Translations under genes and position numbers: made by a program | Notes under the pieces: model-generated | Told to the model about the DNA's origin: nothing | Databases searched by the model: none | Seen by the model: the letters and a program-made list of their open reading frames with translations, nothing else | Assembly (NCBI GenBank): GCA_964187785.1 | Contig: OZ076409.1 | Span: 71,674,001-71,738,000, forward strand | Direction of reading: 5' to 3' | DNA: 64,000 nucleotides | From: Amphiscolops sp. MND2022 | Lineage: Eukaryota | Shown here: one piece after another, positions 1-11,321 of the stretch | How the letters are laid out: the number at the start of each line of letters is the position of its first letter | Numbering within the stretch: the stretch's first letter is position 1

Positions 1-1365
1 CATCAAAAATGGGCCAAAATTACACGAAAAAATTGACCTTAAAATATCAAAATGTCAAAAAATCATCAAAACCACAGTTTCTTGGCGTTCTATCAACTCC
101 ATATGATACCAAACCAGGTACCGCCAATCGTTTGAGTTATAATAAAAAAACGTCTTTTTTGGCAAGAATTCCATACCATAAATAATAATCATGTTCCATA
201 TAAGAAGCGAATCATTTCAGATATATACCCTGTTCATTTTTTTAATATTACCGATTATTAATTTATTAGATGTTTTGAATGTGAGCTTCCTAAAAGGTTC
301 AGGTGTGATGATACGTAAATAGAACCTTAGTTTCATCGAAATCTCAATTGAATATGTCCAATCTTAACCATCAGATAACAAGAAACACTTAAGTACATTC
401 CATCTCCCCATCGGGGGAGATGAGAATGTACTTTCGAGAAGCCAAATACGTCCAACATTCAAACTTTTGTAACTTTGTATGTAACTCCTGAAACGAAGAA
501 GGAATAAAATTGTTTCTGGTACATACATGAGTCTTTACTTCAGCTTCTATTTCTGCTGAACAAAACCATTCGACTCTTTTGCCGGAATTAGGATCAATTG
601 TATTACCCAGTGAACAAAGGCATGACTGAAAACGCTTACTAATTTGTTCATAATTTTCCGGCCTTCCGAAATGATGAAACGTCCACATAACTAAGATAGC
701 AAGTGAATGACTGCGAAATGCACCTTATTAGATGAGGTAAATAACGTGTAAGACTCTCCTTTATCCTAACATGAGGTTGAGTTATGATCATTTGAGAATA
801 GTTTGATATGTGACTACAATAGTATAAAACAAGTACATTTTATATGAATAACGCCGTGGAAAGCGTTCAGAAAGGACAGTAGGCTTGTTTGGAACATGTA
901 TGTGTGGTGTCCCTTGGTGGCGTTCGCTTAGTGTATATGTCGAGGGGTATTCGAGTTGTTATGATAGAATTTACAAACAAGTCTTTTGTTTTTTGGTTTT
1001 TTTAAAATGTCGTTAAGTACCTGCATTCTATCCCCTTCTCAGAGATGACGTGAAGTTACGTTTGCTAAATAAATGTCATCGAAAGATCACACTCCCGACG
1101 AAATTAACTATCTTAACACGTGTTTAGAATTTTAAATGAACAACCGTATAAGATTTTTATATTTCATTGAGTTTGATAAAGTCTTTTGTTCTTCTCACTA
1201 CTATTTCAACCAATACACATATCCGTTACCATATCACATGTCTCCATTAGTACAACGCCACATAGCGTTCCGACGCCCACAGTCTGTGGGCATTCCGAGG
1301 CATGCCCTTCGACGACGTATGGCAAATGGAGCCATGCCCGCCGTCTTTACGGCGGTAGCGGCTAG
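1..1365 (+). mobile_element. Class D unit, 3' part (partial)
   Basis: Nearly identical and colinear with 23941-25305 (offset 23940). Ends in hairpin CCGCCGT-CTTT-ACGGCGG plus TAGCGGCTAG. Mobility is inferred. Confidence 0.7.
391..433. other. Internal palindrome P2 (representative; in all C, D and E units)
   Basis: AAGTACATTC-CATCTCCCC-ATCG-GGGGAGATG-A-GAATGTACTT. Also at 16277-16315, 24331-24373, 35057-35099, 39827-39867, 44582-44624 and 53656-53696. Confidence 0.9.
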
Positions 1366-2906
1366 GTGGGCGGGGAAATTTCACCCCGTTTGTATTCGGC
1401 CGACGGGTAGGGTCCTGGCGGCCGACGATCCGCCTTAAGCTAGCGGTATGTAGCAGAAATTGCAAAAAAAAGACCTAAAATTTAATCTAACCATTAGAAT
1501 TTGCTCAAAATTTGCATGCGGCCCTCAAATCCTAATGCAAGACGAAGTTCCTGCTGACGCTAAGCGTTCTATAAACTTTATAAAAAGTTATGGCCAATTT
1601 TTTGTTCAAAATTTCAACATTTTTGGGAAAATTCTAATTTTTCACTTAATATCTCAAAATGTAATAATTTTTGGACTTTGACTGTGAAACAAGCTTGGAA
1701 CCTTCATTTCGTGGCTGTGGCATTGCACTGAACACAAAAGATGTAAAGTTTTTACATTTTTCGAAAATTCGAGATTTTTGAAATTTTTTTCACTACTATC
1801 AGTACCTCATATGTCAAAAACACATCAGAAAAAAATTTTTATTTGCTTTAAATTGGAAACCTTGGTATCCATGGTTACTGTCGGAACCTACTCGCAGCCA
1901 AACACCCAACAGTTTGCATCCAATGTGAAAATAAAATTTTTTTTTGGGTCATAAGCGTTTCACATGGATTTTACAACTTAGTTTCAATTTACAAATTGGT
2001 CATATTGAACACAATATTTTCATCGAAGCTTGTCAGATACCGCCCTAATGCTCACTAATGGGCCTACTCGCAACGTTGGAACCGTTTATAGTAATAGAAA
2101 GTTTTAAAAAAATATTTTCACCCGGTCTTCAGTCATTTTTCAGTCATTCGGAACTTAACTTAGAAAAATTTCGACCAAAATACCCATTTTTTGTCAGGTC
2201 GAAAAATCAAATTCAGATTTTTAAGCGAAATTATTTACTCTGACGTAACTAGTGGGCCCCATGATACTCAAAAACACGATTGGGACCGGTACCAAGGGCT
2301 CCAATTTCATATGAGCCGCGATAAGACGTTATTTTGAGCAACACGTCTCAATAGAGGTAAACATCTCGCAAGCCTGAAGTCACAGTGAAAAGTAATTTCA
2401 TCAAGAATTTACTCATTTTTGTCAATCACTATGTGCACAGAGTGCGCAGGATGAGTTTCAGCACTATAATGAGGTTTTTGATGTAATCGGCCTGCTCAAG
2501 GGTGTGTATGAGACATTTTTTTCCCATATAGCTATATTTTCCAAAATTTTTAGCCCATTATCTCAAAAACCTAACTTCGCAAAATGCTTTCAACTACTTT
2601 ATTCTAAGGTTAGAATATGAATGAACACTGTGGTTGATCAGAACCTCTCAATTTTTTTGTTTTCCGAAAAAATACCTTCGCATGGGTTACATTTATGGCA
2701 GAAGAGAAAGCAGAAGATAAAAAATACGCTATTTTGCTAAGATAGAAACGCGATGATTGTGCATAAATACCCTTTAAATACTTCTAACGCAACCTTATGG
2801 ACCCAATATGATTGGAAATACCGTTCACAGTCCTCACATGTACTCTTTCTACAATCCAGACTGCACATTTTTTGAAAATTTTACATGTAGCTTTAAACTG
2901 AATCTT

Positions 2907-2954
2907 GTGATAGCCTTTTAAGTTGACCTTGTGTCAACTTGGGAAGGCTATCAC
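2907..2954 (+). other. Internal palindrome P1 (representative; in all complete A and B units)
   Basis: GTGATAGCCTTTTAAGTTGAC-CTTGT-GTCAACTTGGGAAGGCTATCAC. The B copy is at 12854-12897. Both end about 420 nt before the unit end. Confidence 0.9.
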
Positions 2955-5389
2955 CACCAAAAACTATAAACAAAAACTACCATTTGTTAATCGGATTTCG
3001 CTGTCGATGCCTATTTTCGTGATTGTATACTACCGTTTGTATCTTCCATCATGTCAGCTGACGATAGCATGCAGAGTTTGAAAAAATACCTATGAACTCG
3101 AAGACATTTTTGTTTATTATTTGGTAAATAATTTTATTTCTAAATAATAAATAACAACTTCTAACCTTTGAATACTATCACATTTGTTTTCTCTTCCGTT
3201 ATCAGTCTTCCGTCACCCATGATGTCATGTCAGCCTATGTCATGACCCCGTGATTTCAACAACAACGCCATATACCAACATCAACGCCCACCGTCTGTGG
3301 GCATGCCGAGGCATGCCCTTCGACGACGTATGGCAAATTTATCGTTGCCCGCACTCTGGAGTGCGGTAGCAGCTAGGTGGGCGGGGGTAATTCCCCTTCA
3401 AAAAATTCGGCCGGCGGGTTGGGTCCTGCCGGACGTCAAATAGTGTGAAACATCCAGTAGGAAACGGCGACATAAATCAGCGATTTTAAAATTTAACCGT
3501 TAGATTTCGGATTTGGAGTGCATGCGGCCCCAAAATGCCCATACGAATCGAAGTTCCTGCTGACGTTAAGCGATAAAAACATTTTATAAAAAGTTATGGC
3601 CCATTTTACGTTCACCTATAAGGGTAAAATGAGGAAAATTTTTACAAAGTCGCTGATAACTCAAAATACATTATTTTTTGGACTTTGACTGTGAAACAAG
3701 CTTAGAACCTTCATTTCGTGGCTGTGGCATTGCACTGAACACAAAAGATGTAAAGTTTTTACATTTTTCGAAAATTCGACATTTTTGATTTTTTTTTCAC
3801 TACTATCAGTACACTATATGTCAAAAACACCTCTGAAAAAAATTATTATTTGCTTAAAATTGGAAACCTTGGTATCCATGGTTTCTGTCGGAACCTACTC
3901 GCTGCCAAACACCCAACAGTTTGCATCCAATGTGAATTTAAATTTTTTTTCGAGGTCATAAGGGTTTCACAAGGTTTTCATAACTTAGTATTAAACTACA
4001 AACTGGTCATTTTCAACATAATATCTTTGTCGAGGCATTTCGGATATAGTCCTATTGCTCACGAACGGTCCTACTGGCAACGTAATAACCATTTATAGAA
4101 ATGTAAAGTTATAAAAAAAATTTTTCACCCGGTCTTCAGTCATTTTTCAGTCATTCGGAACTTAACTTAGAAAAATTTCGACCAAAATATCCATTTTTTG
4201 TCAGGTCGAATAATCAAATTCAGATTTTTAAGCAAAATTATTAACTCTGACGTAACCCATGGGGCCCATGATACTCAAAACAACGATTGACACTGGTATC
4301 AATGGCTCCAATAACATATGAGTCGCGATAAGACGTTATTTTGAGCATTACGTCTCAATTGAGGTAAAGATCTCGCAAGCCAGCGATCACTGTGAAATGT
4401 GATTTCATCAAAAATTTACTCTTTTTTGTCAATCACTATGTGCACAGAATGCGTAGGGTGCGTTTCAGCACTATAATGAGGTTTTTGAAGGCATCGGGTT
4501 GCTCAAGGGGTGGTATGAGACATTTTTGTCCCATATACTACTGTATTTTCCAAAATTTTTAGCCCAATATCTGCAAATACAAACTTGACAAAATACTTTC
4601 AACTACTTTATTCAAAGATTACAATATAGATGAACACTGTGGTTGATCAGAAACTTTCATCTCTTTCGTTTTCCGAAATATTTCCCTTCGCATGTGTTAC
4701 ATTCGTAGCAGAAAAAAAATCGAAACTGAAAAATACGCAATTTTGCTAATATAGAATCGCAATGATTGTGCCTAAAAACTCTTTAAACACTTCTAACGCG
4801 ACCTTACGCACTCAAAATGATCGAAAATGCTATTCACAATGGTGACAAGTGCTCTTTCTACGATCCTGACTGGACAAGGTTTGCATATTTTTCAAGTACC
4901 TGTCAGCTAAATCTTGTGATAGCCTTTTCAGTTGGCCTTGTGTCAACTTGGGAAGGCTATCACATCAAAAAACCATCAATAAAAATAATTTTTGTTTATT
5001 GGATCTTACAGTCGAAACTTTTTTTCGTGATTCTATACTACCGTTAGTATATTTCATCAGGTCACCTTACGATTGCATTCAGTCTTTGATAAAAACCTAT
5101 GAACTCAAAGTCACATTTATATATTTTTTTGCCAAAAAAACATCAAAAATATCTAAAATATATAAAATAGAGTCTTGAACATTTTTACATTTCAAGTTTC
5201 TGCCGTTATTAGGCCAATCAACGTCCTAGAGCCACATCCTGTCATACTGTACAACGCCACATAGTGTTGCGACGTGCACAGTCTGTGGGCATGCCGAGGC
5301 ATGCCCTTCGACGACGTATGCCGAATACCGCGGGCCTACGCCCGCGCTCCCCGGCTAGGTGGGCGGGGGTAATTCCCCAACAAAAAAAT

Positions 5390-5417
5390 CGGCCGGCGGG
5401 TCGGGTCCTGCCGGCCG
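5390..5417 (+). other. 5' head hairpin with GGGTNGGGTCC apex (representative copy)
   Basis: CGGCCGGCGGG-TCGGGT-CCTGCCGGCCG. Equivalents with different stems are at 1397-1424, 11355-11378 and 15356-15377. Confidence 0.85.
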
Positions 5418-8400
5418 TCCAAAATCAAAATCCTCCTAGTAGAAAACGGCATGTCAAACGAGCTATTTTTTTATTTAACCATACGAATTTCACCATTTTT
5501 TGCATGCGGCCCTGAAATGGCCATACGAGACGAAGTTCCTGCTGACGTTTTGCGATGTAAATGTTTTATAAAAAGTTATGGCCGATTTGTCATTCACCTA
5601 GAAGGGTAAAATGAGGAAAATTTTAACAAAGTCGCTGATAACTCAAAATGTGGTAATTTTTGGACTTTGACTGTGAAACAAGCTTGGAACCTTCATTTCG
5701 TGGCTGGGGCATTGGACTGAACACAAAAGATGTAAAGTTTTTACGTTTTTTGAAAATTCGACATTTTTGAAATTTTTTTCACTACTATCAGTACCCCATA
5801 TGTCAAAAACACCTCAGAAAAATATTTTTATTTGCTTTAAATTGGAAACCTTGGTATCCATGGTTTCTGTCGGAACCTACTCGCAGCCAAACACCCAACA
5901 GTTTGCATCCAATGTGAAAATAAAAATTTTTTCGGGGTCATAAGCGTTTCACAAGGATTTCTCAACTTAGTATTAATTTACAAAATGGTCATTTTGAACA
6001 TAATATTTTCATCGAGGCTTGTCGGCTATAGCCTTAATGTTCTAGAACGGTCCCACTGGCAACGTAGCAACCATTTATAGTAATATAAAAGGTTAAAAAA
6101 TTTTTTTCACCCGGTCTTCAGTCATTTTTCAGACATTCGGAACATAACTTAGAAAATTTTCGACCCAAATACCCATTTTTTGTCAGGTCGAAAATTAAAA
6201 TTCAGCTATTAAAGCAAAATTATTTACTCTGACGTAACCAGTGGGGCCCATGATACTCAAAAACACCATTGGCACTGGTACCAATGGCTCCAATAACATA
6301 TGAGTCGCGATAAGACGTTATTTTGAGCAATACGTCTCAATTGAGGTAAAGATCTCGCAAGCCAGCGATCACTGTGAAATGTAAATTCATTAAAAATTTA
6401 CTCATTTTCGTCAATCACCATGTGCACAGAGTGCGTAGGGTGAGTTCCAGCACTATAATGAGGTTTTTGAAGGCATCGGGTTGCTCAAGGGGTGGTATGA
6501 GACATTTTTTTCCTATATACTACTGTATTTTCCAAAATTTTTAGCCCAATATCTGGAAATACAAACTTGACAAAATACTTTCAACTACTTTATTCAAAGG
6601 TTACAATATAGATGAACACTGTGGTTGATCAGAAACTTTCATCTCTTTCGTTTTCCGAAATATTTCCCTTCACATGTGTTATATTTTTAGCAGAATAAAA
6701 AATCGAAACTGAAATATACGCTATTTTGCTAATATAGAATCGCAATGATTGTGCCTAAAAACTCTTTAAACACTTCTAACGCAACCTTACGCACCCGAAA
6801 TGATCGAAAATGCTATTCACAATTGTGACATGTGCTCTTTCTACGATCCTGGCTGGACAAGGTTTGCATATTTTTCAAGTACCTGTCTGCTGAATCTTGT
6901 GATAGCCTTTTAAGTTGGCCTTGTGTCAACTTGGGAAGGCTATCACTTCAAACAACCATCAACAAAAATAATTTTTGTTTATTGGATATTACAGTTGATA
7001 CCTTTTTTCGTGATTCTATATTACCGTTAGTATATTCCATGAGGTCACCTTACGATTGCATTGAGACTTTGATAAAAACCTATGAACTCAAAGTCACATT
7101 TATATATTTTTTTGCCCAAAAAAATCATCAAAAACATCTATAATATATAAAATAGAGTCTTTAACATTTTTACGTTTCAAGTTTCTGCCGTTATTAAGCC
7201 AATCAACTTCCTACAGCCACGCTCTCTGTCATTCTGTACAACGCCACATAGTGTTGCGACGTGCACGGTCTGTGGGCATGCCGAGGCATGCCCTTCGACG
7301 ACGTATGCCGAATACCGCGGGCCTACGCCCGCGCTCCCCGGCTAGGTGGGCGGGGGTAATTCCCCAACAAAAATTACGGCCGGCGGGTTGGGTCCTGCCG
7401 GACGTTCAAATAGCGCGAAGCATCTAGTAGAAAACAAGGAGTCCTGAAACAGCGATTTTAAAATTGAACCGTTAGAATTTGGTTTTAGATTGCATGCGGC
7501 CCTAAAATCCCCATACGAATGGAAGTTCCTGCTAGCGTTAAGCGATTGAAATAATATATAAAAAGTTATGGCCTATTTTTGGGTCACCGAGAAGGTCAAA
7601 ATGAAGAAAATTTTAACTAAGTTGCTGATAACTCAAAATGTGTTAATTTTTGGACTTTGACTGTGAAACAAGCTTAGAACCTTCATTTCGTGGCTGTGGC
7701 ATTGCACTGAACACAATAGATGTAGAGTTTTTACATTTTTTGAAAATTCGACATTTTTGATTTTTTTTCACTACTATCAGTACACTATATGTCAAAAACA
7801 CCTCTGAAAAAAATTATTATTTGCTTAAAATTGGAAACCTTGGTATCCATGGTTTCTGTCGGAACCTACTCGCTGCCAAACACCCAACAGTTTGCATCCA
7901 ATGTGAATTTAAAATTTTTTTCGAGGTCATAAGGGTTTCACAAGGTTTTCATAACCTAGTATTAAACTACAAACTGGTCATTTTCAACATAATATCTTTG
8001 TCGAGGCATGTCGGATATAGTCCTATTGCTCACGAACGGTCCTACTGGCAACGTAATAACCATTTATAGAAATGTAAAGTTATAAAAAAATTTTTTCACC
8101 CGGTCTTCAGTCATTTTTCAGTCATTCGGAACTTAACTTAGAAAAATTTCGACCAAAATATCCATTTTTTGTCAGGTCGAAAAATCAAATTCAGATTTTT
8201 GAGCAAAATTATTAACTCTGACGTAACCCATGGGGCCCATGATACTCAAAACAACGATTGACACTGGTATCAATGGCTCCAATAACATATGAGTCGCGAT
8301 AAGACGTTATTTTGAACATTACGTCTCAATTGAGGTAAAGATCTCGCAAGCCAGCGATCACTGTGAAATGTGATTTCATCAAAAATTTACTCTTTTTTGT

Positions 8401-11243
8401 CAATCACTATGTGCACAGAATGCGTAGGGTGCGTTTCAGCACTATAATGAGGTTTTTGAAGGCATCGAGTTGCTCAAAGGATGGTATGAGACATTTTTGT
8501 CCCATATACTACTGTATTTTCCAAAATTTTTAGCCCAATATCTGGAAATACAAACTTAACAAAATACTTTCAACTACTTTATTCAGAGGTTACAATATAG
8601 ATGAACACTGTGGTTGATCAGAAACTTTCATCTCTTTCGTTTTCCGAAATATTTCCCTTCGCATGTGTTACATTCGTAGCAGAAAAAAAAATCGAAACTG
8701 AAAAATACGCAATTTTGCTAATATAGAATCGCACTGATTGTGCCTAAAAACTCTTTAAACACTTCTAACGCAACCTTAGGCACCGAAAATGATCGAAAAT
8801 GCTATTCACAATGGTGACATGTGCTCTTTCTACGATCCTGGCTGGACAAGGTTTGCATATTTTTCAAGTACCTGTCAGCTAAATCTTGTGATAGCCTTTT
8901 CAGTTGGCCTTGTGTCAACTTGGGAAGGCTATCACATCAAAAAACCATCAACAAAAATAATTTTTGTTTATTGGATCTTACAGTCGATACTTTTTTTCGT
9001 GATTCTATACTACCGTTAGTATATTTCATCAGGTCACCTTACGATTGCATTCAGTCTTTGATAAAAACCTATGAACTCAAAGTCACATTTATATATTTTT
9101 TGGCCAAAAAAACATCAAAAATATCTAAAATATATAAAATAGAGTCTTTAACATTTTTACGTTTCAAGTTTTTGCCGTTATTAAGCCAATCAACTTCCTA
9201 CAGCCACGCTCTCTGTCATACTGTACAACGCCACATAGTGTTGCGACGTGCACAGTCTGTGGGCATGCCGAGGCATGCCCTTCGACGACGTATGCCGAAT
9301 ACCGCGGGCCTACGCCCGCGCTCCCCGGCTAGGTGGGCGGGGGTAATTCCCCAACAAAAAAATCGGCCGGCGGGTCGGGTCCTGCCGGCCGTCCAAAATC
9401 AAAATCCTCCTAGTAGAAAACGGCATGTCAAACGAGCTATTTTTTTATTTAACCATACGAATCTCACCATTTTTTGCATGCGGCCCTGAAATGGCCATAC
9501 GAGACGAAGTTCCTGCTGACGTTTTGCAATGTAAATGTTTTATAAAAAGTTATGGCCGATTTGTCATTCACCTAGAAGGGTAAAATGAGGAAAATTTTAA
9601 CAAAGTCGCTGATAACTCAAAATGTGTTAATTTTTGGACTTTGACTGTGAAACAAGATTGGAACCTTCATTTCGTGGCTGGGGCATTGGACTGAACACAA
9701 AAGATGTAAAGTTTTTACGTTTTTTGAAAATTCGACATTTTTGAAATTTTTTTCACTACTATCAGTACCCCATATGTCAAAAACACCTCAGAAAAAAATT
9801 TTTATTTGCTTTAAATTGGAAACCTTGGTATCCATGGTTTCTGTCGGAACCTACTCGCAGCCAAACACCCAACAGTTTGCATCCAATGTGAAAATAAAAA
9901 ATTTTTCGGGGTCATAAGCGTTTCACAAGGATTTCTCAACTTAGTATTAATTTACAAAATGGTCATTTTGAACATAATATTTTCATCGAGGCTTGTCGGC
10001 TATAGCCTTAATGTTCTAGAACGGTCCCACTGGCAACGTAGCAACCATTTATAGTAATATAAAAGGTTAAAAAATTTTTTTCACCCGGTCTTCAGTCATT
10101 TTTCAGACATTCGGAACATAACTTAGAAAATTTTTGACCCAAATACCCATTTTTTGTCAGGTCGAAAATTAAAATTCAGCTATTAAAGCAAAATTATTTA
10201 CTCTGACGTAACCAGTGGGGCCCATGATACTCAAAAACACCATTGGCACTGGTACCAATGGCTCCATTAACATATGAGTCGCGATAAGACGTTATTTTGA
10301 GCAATACGTCTCAATTGAGGTAAAGATCTCGCAAGCCAGCGATCACTGTGAAATGTGATTTCATCAAAAATTTACTCATTTTTGTCAATAACTATGTGCA
10401 CAGAGTGTGTAGGGTGCGTTTCAGCACTATAATGAGGTTTTTGAAGGCATCGGGTTGCTCAAGGGGTGGTATGAGACATTTTTTTCCTATATACTACTGT
10501 GTTTTCCAAAACTTTTAGCCCATTATCAGGAAAAAATAATTTGACAAATTACTTTCAACTACTTTATTCAAAGGTTACAATATAGATGAACACTGTGGTT
10601 GATCAGAAACTTTCATCTCTTTCGTTTTCCGAAATAATTCCCTTCGAATGTGTTACATTTGTAGCCGGAAAAAAAACCGAAACTAAAAAATACGCGATTT
10701 TGCTGAGATAGAACCGGGATAATTGTGTCTAAATACTCTTTAAATACTTCTAACGCGACCTTACGGACCCAAAAGGATTAAAAATGCCACTCACAATGCT
10801 GACATGTGCTCTTTCGACGATCCTGGCTGGACAAGTTTTGCAAATATTTCAAGTACCTGTTAACTGAATTTTGTGATAGCCTTTTAAGTTGGCCTTGTGT
10901 CAACTTGGGAAGGCTATCACATCAAAAAACTTTCAACAAAAAAACTTTTTGTTTATTGGATATTGCTGTCGATACCTTTTTTAGTGATTCTATACTACCG
11001 TTAGTATATTCCATCAGGTCACCAGACGATTGTATTCAGTATTTGATGAAAATTTATGAACTCGAAGTCTCTTTCATATGTTTTTTGTTCAAAAAAATTA
11101 TCAAAAAAATTTATATTATAAACAATTGAGTCTTTAACTTTTTTATTCCCCAATTTTCCAGTGTTATTAGGCTCATCAACTTCCTACTGCCACATCCAGA
11201 CATTAGTACAACGCCACAAAGTGTTGCGACGTCCACCGTCTGT

Positions 11244-11263
11244 GGGCATGCCGAGGCATGCCC
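11244..11263. promoter_or_regulatory. 20-bp palindrome GGGCATGCCGAGGCATGCCC; candidate p53-family response element (representative copy)
   Basis: 9-bp inverted arms around GA. Read as two decamers (GGGCATGCCG, AGGCATGCCC) it matches RRRCWWGYYY x2 at 19/20 positions. The motif is certain; the function is inferred. Confidence 0.5.
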
Positions 11264-11293
11264 TTCGACGACGTATGCCAAAAATAGCGCCCT

Positions 11294-11321
11294 CCGCGGT
11301 CACTACCGCGGTAGCAGCTAG
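11294..11321 (+). terminator. Helitron-like 3' terminus: 18-nt hairpin + CTAG (representative copy)
   Basis: CCGCGGT-CACT-ACCGCGG ends 10 nt before the unit end (TAGCAGCTAG). This matches the known Helitron 3' signature of a 16-20 nt palindrome about 10-12 nt upstream of a CTRR end. Confidence 0.55.

Larger units (their letters stand above)
1366..11321 (+). mobile_element. Five class A units (1366-3376, 3377-5358, 5359-7345, 7346-9332, 9333-11321)
   Basis: Colinear AT-rich units of 2011, 1982, 1987, 1987 and 1989 bp, each starting GTGGGCGGGG and ending hairpin+CTAG. The first is the most divergent. Mobility is inferred. Confidence 0.7.
11209..11321 (+). other. Conserved 3' terminal module (representative copy; one per unit)
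   Basis: CAACGCCAC...CGACGTCCAC...GGGCATGCCGAGGCATGCCC-TTCGACGACGT, then the variable tail with a hairpin, then CTAG. Present in all five classes. Confidence 0.92.

Noticed and set aside
389..688. 99-aa minus-strand ORF repeated in D units
   Set aside because: It is conserved only because the D copies are near-identical. It is truncated in E, has no ATG start and has no recognisable domain. A decayed gene fragment cannot be fully excluded without a profile search.
1253..1430. Tandem 5S rRNA, tRNA, snRNA or spliced-leader genes, or a hammerhead/HDV ribozyme in the core
   Set aside because: I found no recognisable conserved sequence, cloverleaf, Pol III A/B boxes or CTGANGA...GAAA catalytic core on either strand by eye. 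An Rfam search would be decisive.
3416..3426. Telomeric repeat or kinetoplast universal minicircle sequence (GGGTTGGGT)
   Set aside because: It is a single motif per unit, not a tandem telomere tract, and does not match GGGGTTGGTGTA.
5359..5406. G-quadruplex at unit heads
   Set aside because: Four G-runs exist, but they are separated by a long loop and are mostly sequestered in covarying hairpins. The pattern is not kept in class C.
5264..5515. Recurrent short ORFs containing 'GMPRHALRRR' across the core
   Set aside because: They are a by-product of the GC-rich palindromic core. Starts, lengths and frames differ between copies, they cross unit junctions, and they resemble no protein I recognise.
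8821..9489. Longest ORF (222 aa)
   Set aside because: Sister units have stops and A-tract frameshifts in the same region. It has a non-ATG start and low-complexity F/K/I composition, with no HUH, helicase, RT or recombinase motifs.
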